Source: Methanotrichaceae archaeon
Lineage (GTDB): Archaea > Halobacteriota > Methanosarcinia > Methanotrichales > Methanotrichaceae
Assembly (NCBI GenBank): GCA_963803145.1
Contig: CAWDLW010000045.1
Coordinates: 1-46,760, forward strand
Direction of reading: 5' to 3'
Length of the DNA stretch: 46,760 bases
Positions 39,492 through 46,760 of this stretch are shown here, one piece after another; the stretch's first letter is position 1, and each line of letters opens with the position of its first letter. Under the pieces are notes generated by a model that was given only the letters and a program-made list of their open reading frames with translations, searched no databases and was not told the origin of the DNA. Made by a program: the position numbers and the translations under genes.

Positions 39492-40469
39492 ATGATTCTG
39501 AGAAAGGCCGTTTTTGCGCTGCTGGCTCTCTTTGCCCTTATTTGCATGGCAGTCGCAGAACAAGCAGATGATAATGCAGCGTATAACAATCCAACATCTA
39601 TAGAAGAAAAAAATCTAATTTTCCATTTAGACCAAAAGGTGAGCGGAATAGGCTTCTTTTCGACATACAAATACTCCATAATGCCTGACGTTCTTGGCAC
39701 TGAAGGACGCCTATTCAATGGCGTCGAAGCCAAGAACCAAGCACATGGAAGCGGCAAAATCGACACAGATTCGATGATGTATGCAGAAAGTTCGTACAAG
39801 AATACAACTTGGATCGATGGAACATTAGACGAAGATGGCGAGATTATTCAAAATAAAGAAGAATCAACCAGTGTCGTCCAAGTGAAGGAAGATGGTAAAA
39901 TGACCTACGGTCCGATGGCTATGGATATAGGCTCACGATACTATAATCTTCATCCCGTATCTTTCAATTCTCTGCTCAAGGAGGATTCTTGGATAAAGAA
40001 TCGTGATGGTTTGAATTCTCTTTATCACAGGGTTGATAATGCCCACGGACTGAACATAGCACTTGATGCACAATCCGATAACACCAATAACACAATGAAT
40101 GTGGACGAGGATTTAATCAATGGCCGTGTACACTTCGGAGCGCTTCAACTGACTGGAATTCCCGTGGACGAAGTGCCGGAGGAAAGTGATTTTGAGGAAT
40201 CTCCAGTCCTCGGCTTAGCGATGAAGGCATGGCAGAAGCCCTCAATAGAACTAGACGAGGACTATGTAGGGTCGTTTCATATCAGGAAGAATATGACATT
40301 ATACACGTATTCAGAAGAGAAAGAAAAGGAAGAGGACTGGTTGCCCTGCTGTTCAGATGGTTGGGATGACATGCGAGACTACGATAAGATTGGCTATGGT
40401 AAGAGCACAAAGGGTGTTTTTGATTGCACCTGCTTTGATGTGCCGAGACGAGCGCAATTTCCGAGATAA
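39492..40469 (+). CDS. Secreted acidic hypothetical protein (WLPCC family)
   Basis: Signal peptide; HGSG, FNSLLKE, YVGSFHIRKNM, DWLPCC, FDCTC. Confidence 0.7.
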   Translation: MILRKAVFALLALFALICMAVAEQADDNAAYNNPTSIEEKNLIFHLDQKVSGIGFFSTYKYSIMPDVLGTEGRLFNGVEAKNQAHGSGKIDTDSMMYAESSYKNTTWIDGTLDEDGEIIQNKEESTSVVQVKEDGKMTYGPMAMDIGSRYYNLHPVSFNSLLKEDSWIKNRDGLNSLYHRVDNAHGLNIALDAQSDNTNNTMNVDEDLINGRVHFGALQLTGIPVDEVPEESDFEESPVLGLAMKAWQKPSIELDEDYVGSFHIRKNMTLYTYSEEKEKEEDWLPCCSDGWDDMRDYDKIGYGKSTKGVFDCTCFDVPRRAQFPR

Positions 40470-40703
40470 TATGTGGAATCCTGAATGATTTTCCCTAATC
40501 AACAATTTTCCGATTGATTCATAGCCTTGCACAGCCCTCAAGAGTTTGCTAGAAGGCATTTCCGCCAATAGATATCCTGTTCAGCAAAGGCAGTGGACTC
40601 ATTGCATCATTCAATTGAACACCTGCCGCAGCTCCACTGCTTCTATTATTTTCATCCCGCCCAGCAAGGCGTTAAATAGACTGTGATTGTAGAATAAACC
40701 GCC

Positions 40704-41936
40704 TTGAACAGAGTCTTCACAGTTACAGAGCTTAACGAGCGGATAAGGGACCGCCTGGAGACCGATGTGAGGCTGCATGATCTCTGGGCAAAGGGAGAGC
40801 TATCCAATGTCACGAACCACCGCTCAGGCCATAGGTACTTCACAATAAAGGATAGGGGATCTCAGCTATCCTGCGTGCTCTTTAGGAATCAGGGCGTCCG
40901 ACTTGGCTTTGAGCTAAAGAATGGCCTAAACGTGCTCGTTTTCGGAGATATCGATGTTTACAGCGCCAGGGGACAGGTCCAGCTAATCGCTCGCGGCATC
41001 AGGCTTGATTCTGGCCTGGGCCTCCGGCATATTGAGTTCGATGCTATTAAGAACAAGCTGGCGGCAGAGGGACTTTTTTCCTTGGATCGAAAGAGAAGCT
41101 TACCCAGATATCCCACACGAATCGGCATTGTGACATCGCTTGATGGGGCGGCGCTTAGGGACGTAATCAAGACAATTGGCCATTATCCTGCCAGGATCAT
41201 GCTATCGCCGGCACAGGTACAGGGCGATGACGCCCCGGAAAGCATAGCATGTGCAATACGGTCTCTGCAGGGCAGGGTGGAAGTAGTAATAGTTTGCAGA
41301 GGCGGGGGTTCCATTGAAGATCTCTGGGCATTCAACTCTGAGATCGTTGCACGAGCCATATTTGATTGCGACTCGCCCGTCATTTCTGCAATAGGTCATG
41401 AGACCGATTTTACGATAGCCGATTTTGTGGCAGATGTTAGAGCGGCTACGCCAACAGCTGCCGCAGAGATGGCCGTGCCAGATCCTACAGAGATTAAGAT
41501 AACTCTGGCCCAGATCGAAACACGGATGGCCAGAGCACTGTGGTCGTGCCTTGAGATCAGACAGGATCGGCTGGACTACCTCAATCGAAGCGTATCTGCC
41601 AAAAGAATGTACTCATCGATTGGCATAGAGCGCAGAAGCGTTGACCGCTTGCGGGAAAGGCTCCTCTCGGCAGAAACATCAAGGCTTGAGCTTCTCCGGA
41701 AAAGGCTGGAGCTGGCAGAAGGCCGCCTGGCGGCAGTCAGTCCTCTGGCAACGCTATCCAGAGGCTATGCGCTTGCGAGGTCTGAGAAAGGTAACCTTGT
41801 CACCAGGGCAGAGGATGTTGCCACTGATGATGTGATTGAAATAATACTGTCGGAGGGACGGCTGATATGCAGGGTGCTCGAAAAGAAGGAGGGGATTTCG
41901 AATGGGTCAAATAGGTCAAATGGCCTTGAAGAATGA
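40704..41936 (+). CDS. xseA: Exodeoxyribonuclease VII large subunit
   Basis: GELSN, SGHRYF, GAALRD, RGGGSIEDLWAFN, SAIGHETD, TPTAAAE, LSRGYA. Confidence 0.95.
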   Translation: MNRVFTVTELNERIRDRLETDVRLHDLWAKGELSNVTNHRSGHRYFTIKDRGSQLSCVLFRNQGVRLGFELKNGLNVLVFGDIDVYSARGQVQLIARGIRLDSGLGLRHIEFDAIKNKLAAEGLFSLDRKRSLPRYPTRIGIVTSLDGAALRDVIKTIGHYPARIMLSPAQVQGDDAPESIACAIRSLQGRVEVVIVCRGGGSIEDLWAFNSEIVARAIFDCDSPVISAIGHETDFTIADFVADVRAATPTAAAEMAVPDPTEIKITLAQIETRMARALWSCLEIRQDRLDYLNRSVSAKRMYSSIGIERRSVDRLRERLLSAETSRLELLRKRLELAEGRLAAVSPLATLSRGYALARSEKGNLVTRAEDVATDDVIEIILSEGRLICRVLEKKEGISNGSNRSNGLEE

Positions 41937-42138
41937 TCTGAACCTAGAAGATGCTCTGAATGACCTTGAGCAGATTGTGTCAGATCTTGAGGATGGAAAG
42001 CTAACGCTTGAGGAAAGCCTTGAGCTCTTCGAGAAGGGTGTCCGGCTGGTCAGGCTATGTAGTTCAAAGCTCGATACTGCTGAGCAGAGGATAGAGAGCC
42101 TGACTGGAGAGGTGCCTGAGGATCTGGCAGGGCGATAA
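41902..42138 (+). CDS. xseB: Exodeoxyribonuclease VII small subunit
   Basis: LEQIVSDLEDGKLTLEESLELFEKG...C...L..AE. Confidence 0.93.
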   Translation: MGQIGQMALKNDLNLEDALNDLEQIVSDLEDGKLTLEESLELFEKGVRLVRLCSSKLDTAEQRIESLTGEVPEDLAGR

Positions 42139-42203
42139 AGCTATATACAATGTATCTTTCTATACATCATAGTAAGAATTGATACATTAATGATGGTGAT
42201 CCT

Positions 42204-43427
42204 TTGTCGCTCCAGGTTGTAGATCCTTTGATAATTCCATCTGAAGATCCCAAATATAGGGCTACGAAGTTTGGTAGATATGGCGGCTGCTTTGTTCCTG
42301 AAACGCTGATCAAGCCATTATCTGATCTTGCTTGTGAATATGAGCGTTTGAGCATGAGCCAAGAGTTCAGGAGAGAGCTTAATGGGCTCTTAGAGAACTT
42401 CGCAGGCAGGCCGACGCCGCTTTATTTTGCGAGAAACTTGAGCAGTAAATTAGGGCGAAAGGTCTACCTGAAAAGGGAGGATCTTGTTCACGGCGGTGCT
42501 CATAAGCTCAACAACACCTTAGGCCAGGCGTTGGTAGCAAAGCACATGGGCAAGACCAGGCTCATCGCAGAGACTGGCGCTGGCCAGCACGGCGTGGCCA
42601 CTGCCATTGTTGGCGCTAACATCGGCTTCGAGACGCAGGTATACATGGGCGAGGTGGATATCGAGCGCCAGAGGATGAACGTTTACAGGATGGAGCTTCT
42701 GGGAGCTAAAGTGATTCCTGTCAAATCCGGCTCAAGAACCCTCAAGGATGCCATAAACGAGGCGATGAGGGATTGGGCAGCGAGCTTTGAGAACACTCAC
42801 TACTTGCTAGGCACAGCGGCAGGCCCGCATCCTTTCCCGTCGATGGTCAGGGACTTTCAAAGCATAATCGGAAAAGAGGCTCGCGAACAGATTCTTCAGC
42901 AGGAAGGAAGGCTGCCTGATTCAATAGTCGCCTGTGTTGGCGGAGGAAGCAATGCGATGGGGATTTTTGCTCCCTTCCTGAAGGATGATGTAAAACTCGT
43001 GGCAGTCGAGGCTGGGGGACGAGGGCTAACGTTAGGGAAGAAAATTGCTGATAACGGTGCCTCGCTAGGCTGTGGAACTGATGGCATACTTCATGGCGCT
43101 CTAACCAAAATTCTGCAGGACCCATACGGCCAGATACTTGAGTCCTATTCAGTCGCTGCAGGCCTTGATTATCCAGGTGTCGGCCCTGAGCTGGCATACC
43201 TGGCAGAGAAGGGCCGCGTAATCCCGAAGATGGCAGATGATAAAACGGCGATAAAAGGGTTCAAGGCGCTCTCAAGGCTCGAAGGAATAATACCAGCTCT
43301 CGAATCGGCCCATGCAGTTGGCTATGTCTTGAACGAGCCTGATGATCTGGGCGAGATAGTAGTGATAAACATCTCAGGCAGAGGCGATAAGGATCTGACA
43401 ACGGTGATGGATTATGAAAATCTCTGA
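42204..43427 (+). CDS. trpB: Tryptophan synthase beta chain
   Basis: [48 protein letters not shown]. Confidence 0.97.
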   Translation: MSLQVVDPLIIPSEDPKYRATKFGRYGGCFVPETLIKPLSDLACEYERLSMSQEFRRELNGLLENFAGRPTPLYFARNLSSKLGRKVYLKREDLVHGGAHKLNNTLGQALVAKHMGKTRLIAETGAGQHGVATAIVGANIGFETQVYMGEVDIERQRMNVYRMELLGAKVIPVKSGSRTLKDAINEAMRDWAASFENTHYLLGTAAGPHPFPSMVRDFQSIIGKEAREQILQQEGRLPDSIVACVGGGSNAMGIFAPFLKDDVKLVAVEAGGRGLTLGKKIADNGASLGCGTDGILHGALTKILQDPYGQILESYSVAAGLDYPGVGPELAYLAEKGRVIPKMADDKTAIKGFKALSRLEGIIPALESAHAVGYVLNEPDDLGEIVVINISGRGDKDLTTVMDYENL

Positions 43428-44205
43428 GGCATTTTTAAATAAGCCCCTGCTGATAGTCTACATCTGCGCAGGAGATCCGAGCCCGGAGGCTACGCCTGAT
43501 CTTGTGAGAAGGCTCGCCAATGCAGGCGCCGACATAATTGAGCTTGGCCTTCCGCACTCCGACCCTATAGCCGACGGCCCGACCATCCAGGCTGCAGCCC
43601 AGAGGGCGATTGAGGCGGGGATGAACACGGACGTCTACTTCGAGACTGCGGTCAGGGCCGATGTGGATATTCCAAAGATTTTCATGGGCTATTACAACAT
43701 GGTCTATGCCCGTGGTCCGGAGAGGTTTGCAGCGGACTGTGCCGGAAGCGGAATTTCGGGAATGATAGTTCCAGATCTTCCGCCTGAGGAGGCAGGGCCT
43801 CTGATGCAGGCGTGTAAGAAACATAATGTTGATCTGATCTTTTTGGCAGCGCCGAATACTCCTCAGGAGCGTCTGGAAATGCTTTCCCGCCGAACATCAG
43901 GCTTCCTCTATCTCGTTTCCAGAACAGGGGTCACTGGAGCAAGGAGCGATATCCTTGCAGACACACGGCGGCTGATAGAGCGCGCACAGGGCGCGTATGG
44001 GGATATACCAAAAGCGGTGGGCTTCGGAATATCCACGCCTGAGCAGGCAGAGGAGGTCATTCGCGCGGGAGCTGATGCAGCAATCGTAGGCTCTGTCTGC
44101 GTTGATCTGATTGCCAGGGGCGAGATCGAGAGACTTGAGAAGCTTGTCAGAGATATGAAGGCAGCTGTTAGGGCCGCAAGCTCCAAGAACCTCCTGGCCC
44201 AATAA
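43414..44205 (+). CDS. trpA: Tryptophan synthase alpha chain
   Basis: [36 protein letters not shown]. Confidence 0.97.
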   Translation: MKISEAFLNKPLLIVYICAGDPSPEATPDLVRRLANAGADIIELGLPHSDPIADGPTIQAAAQRAIEAGMNTDVYFETAVRADVDIPKIFMGYYNMVYARGPERFAADCAGSGISGMIVPDLPPEEAGPLMQACKKHNVDLIFLAAPNTPQERLEMLSRRTSGFLYLVSRTGVTGARSDILADTRRLIERAQGAYGDIPKAVGFGISTPEQAEEVIRAGADAAIVGSVCVDLIARGEIERLEKLVRDMKAAVRAASSKNLLAQ

Positions 44206-44211
44206 TATCTT

Positions 44212-44850
44212 ATGGAAGATCTTGGCAAAGAAGATCACACTGATCACACTAAATTTACCAGGCGAACGGTAACCGACCTCAAAGGCGGCTGCAATGTCAC
44301 AATCGTCGCCTTCGGTGACTCGATCACTGCAGGCTACGCCGTTCGCCATGGCTTCACAGTCTTTTGGAAGGAGATGCTTCAGAAGAAATATCCGGATGCC
44401 GGGATAAAGCTGATCAACTCGGGGGATTCTGGAAACACTACCATCGATGGCCTGGCCAGGCTCGATTGGGATGTGCTCGCCTATGAGCCGGATCTTGTGA
44501 CTATAAACTTCGGTATAAACGATGCTGCCCTCGGCATTAATCTGGAGGAGTTCCAATTAAACTTACGGCAAATGATTATGCGCATCAGGGCAGGTCCTGG
44601 AAGCGAGATATTGCTGCTATCGTCTCAGCCGCTTGAGTCTCCTGGATTTGATAATATGATACTGAAATATTACGATGCCATAAAAGAGGTGGCTAAGGCT
44701 GAGGATGTGGGGTTCGTGGATGTCTACGCCGCCTGGATGGAGCGCGTGAACAAGGGAACGCCTTTGGGATCGTTTATATTGGATGGGCTGGACCATCCGA
44801 ATGAGGAGGGGTATAAAGTAATTGCAGAGGCGGTAATGAGGTTCTTTTGA
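44212..44850 (+). CDS. SGNH/GDSL hydrolase
   Basis: FGDSITAG, NSGDSG, FGIND, DHPNEEG blocks. Confidence 0.9.
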   Translation: MEDLGKEDHTDHTKFTRRTVTDLKGGCNVTIVAFGDSITAGYAVRHGFTVFWKEMLQKKYPDAGIKLINSGDSGNTTIDGLARLDWDVLAYEPDLVTINFGINDAALGINLEEFQLNLRQMIMRIRAGPGSEILLLSSQPLESPGFDNMILKYYDAIKEVAKAEDVGFVDVYAAWMERVNKGTPLGSFILDGLDHPNEEGYKVIAEAVMRFF

Positions 44851-44892
44851 GAATGGTATTAATTCCTAACCTATCCACCATTCAGGCTAATC

Positions 44893-45579
44893 TTAGGCGT
44901 TTCCAGTATAGCCGCACATTCCAACCCGAGGAGAGTTGACCACAGGCAGGAGCATATCCTCTCCACACTCGTGCTCTTTTGCGCACTCATTGCAAACCCA
45001 ACCAGTGCCCTCGCAGATACACTGACAGCAGACGGCTGTAGCTTGTTTGCCACACTCACATCTGATATCTGGCGGATCGTTTCTTGCCAGAATCCTTACG
45101 GCCTTATCCTGCGCAAAGCCCTCTCTTGCAGAGACAAATTTAAGCGAAAGCTCAGTTGAGGTTCCGAAGTCGTAGATGTGCTCGAACTTCATCCCGGGAG
45201 CAATTACCTTTCCAAGGGCGACTTTCATGCTCCTATCGCCGGGATCCACTTTTTCTGAAATGAATGTGCGGCCTCCTATCTCGAAGCTGCTTAGATGCCC
45301 ACAGCACTCGAGCCAGGTCTGACGCAGAAATTTATCCAGATCCTTCAATGTTGCATTCTCAGGAATCTCAATGTGCATCCAGTACATCGGACTATACCGG
45401 CCATCTACCTGCAGATGGATGATCGTCCCTATGGCACTGCCTTTGGCTGCGCCCTTGGCTGCAGACTCCTCGTTTTCTTTAGACCTGGCTTTGCAGGCCT
45501 TCAAATGCCTGGCCATCGCCGACTTGGCAAAGGAGCTTTCACAGAAGCAGCAGGTTCCCTTCGAACTTTCTCTGGTCAT
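44893..45579 (-). CDS. pRiA4b ORF-3-like protein with Zn-binding Cys motifs
   Basis: TLKDLD.FLR..WLECCGHLSSF, YDFG, VNSPRVGMCGY; terminal CxxC clusters. Confidence 0.7.
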   Translation of the reverse strand: MTRESSKGTCCFCESSFAKSAMARHLKACKARSKENEESAAKGAAKGSAIGTIIHLQVDGRYSPMYWMHIEIPENATLKDLDKFLRQTWLECCGHLSSFEIGGRTFISEKVDPGDRSMKVALGKVIAPGMKFEHIYDFGTSTELSLKFVSAREGFAQDKAVRILARNDPPDIRCECGKQATAVCCQCICEGTGWVCNECAKEHECGEDMLLPVVNSPRVGMCGYTGNA

Positions 45580-45852
45580 TGAGATCTTTACGATAGGAGA
45601 ATTAACCTATAAAGATATTAGGCTGTTCGAATTGATGAGGGCTATTATTGAATTAGACTGCTCTTTGCCAGTTTCATTGGCGTTTGTGGTAGACGTTGAT
45701 GTAAACTAAAAGTCTACACTTTCTTCTGGGGCTAATACTAGCGGCCTTATGGCGTACTCAATCGCCGTGCGGGCTGCCCCTAACCCCTCTTCGGGGGAAT
45801 GTTCTGGAAAACATATGCTGTAAGGTTAAATAAGATGGGATTAGCTCATCCC

Positions 45853-46414
45853 CTATCGTAGAGCCTCCAGTGCCTTAGTTAAAGCCACCAGATCGCCTTC
45901 AAGCTTCTCTTTGAGGATGGCCATCGATGATGCCTCACCAAGAACCTTTATCAAGCCCTTTGAAATGGCCGTGAAACCGAATATAATTATAGCTGCCTCA
46001 GATGTAAGCACAACCACATCGGTATTCTCCCATCCTAGATGCAGACCTTCCGACCATTCGCCATAGCGATGTGCCCTTACTAGGAGGCCGTTCTCATAAA
46101 GAATCAGCTTGTACTCGCTAAAAAAGCCCAAACTCCCTTCAAGCTGTATCCTTTCCTCTCTGGCTAGAATAATAATCTCACGGCGGTAATGCTGCTCGCA
46201 GTCTTCACTCAGCAGAGGCACCAGGGGCGTGACCTTTTCCAGGATCGCTTTCAGGACGGCCGCCTCTCTCCAGGGTTTCCTCTTTTAGATTAGTAATCTT
46301 AGAGGCCAGAGGCTGAAGCTCATCTAGTGCTGTGCGCAGCTCTGATAACATGCTTGTGGTTACTGAATCGGTCGCTATCAGAACAGCGTTTTCGGAATGG
46401 TTTGGGGCGGCCAT
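45853..46414 (-). pseudogene. Hypothetical gene split by a frameshift
   Basis: ORFs 46205-46414 and 45853-46221 join into TLE-REAAVLKAILEKVTPLVPLLSED if a GA unit is restored at 46264-46270. Confidence 0.55.
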
Positions 46415-46630
46415 TTAGATCGCCTCTGATTCTGTGATCTCCTGAGAGGAGCCTCGGACAGAGCCTTTGCAGCAATCGCAGCTCATTATGGCGACTTCGA
46501 AGGGAAATTTCAAGTTAAAGACGTGCATAGCCTCGGAGAAATCACCCGCATCCAGGCCAATGTTATTCATCTTTTCAGCCGCTTCCTGGATGCTCAAGAG
46601 TTTTCTGCCGATATGAACCATGCAGCACAT
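46415..46630 (-). CDS. Small hypothetical protein
   Basis: 71 aa ORF abutting the next start codon; AGGAG upstream; Cys-rich. Confidence 0.5.
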   Translation of the reverse strand: MCCMVHIGRKLLSIQEAAEKMNNIGLDAGDFSEAMHVFNLKFPFEVAIMSCDCCKGSVRGSSQEITESEAI

Positions 46631-46760
46631 TTACAAGACTCCTACTAAGTTATAGTATATTTTACTATATTAAGCTTTTCTAAGCTAAATCACATTAAAT
46701 CATACGACATTAGTCGAAAGACTAATAAACCCAAACGCAAGATATTATGATATGCGTGCG

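Noticed and set aside
542-45709. Numerous antisense and nested ORFs in the six-frame track
   Set aside because: They lie within well-supported genes and show no independent motifs.

Overview
Archaeal DNA, most likely from a Methanothrix/Methanosaeta-like methanogen. This is inferred from BRE/TATA promoters, gene content and protein style, not from a marker gene. Most of the window (about 2.8-40.5 kb) is a cobalt/corrinoid and nickel acquisition island. It holds a DUF4430 (transcobalamin beta-like) surface protein beside an alpha-barrel protein, a wHTH regulator, two paralogous BtuFCD/FecBCD-type ABC importers, beta-propeller proteins, cbiMNQO plus a CDF exporter, a ChlI/D-type chelatase subunit, cobN, nikR and a second cbiM/nikM-PDGLE pair. 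Flanks carry an EndoQ-like PHP gene, larB, xseAB and trpBA. Mobile DNA: an IS630 element interrupting a TPR gene and a 276 bp MITE. The main unannotated signals are: (1) three copies of a structured non-coding RNA, each starting exactly 30 nt after a TATA box overlapped by a NikR-type GTA..-N16-..TAC operator and each showing an anti-Shine-Dalgarno loop CCUCCUYUACCU, i.e. a candidate nickel-sparing sRNA family; (2) a C-terminal domain shared by the wHTH regulator and the cobalt-transport ATPase CbiO; (3) a second conserved promoter/operator motif upstream of the corrinoid-uptake genes. All alignments and folds were done by eye and need computational confirmation.
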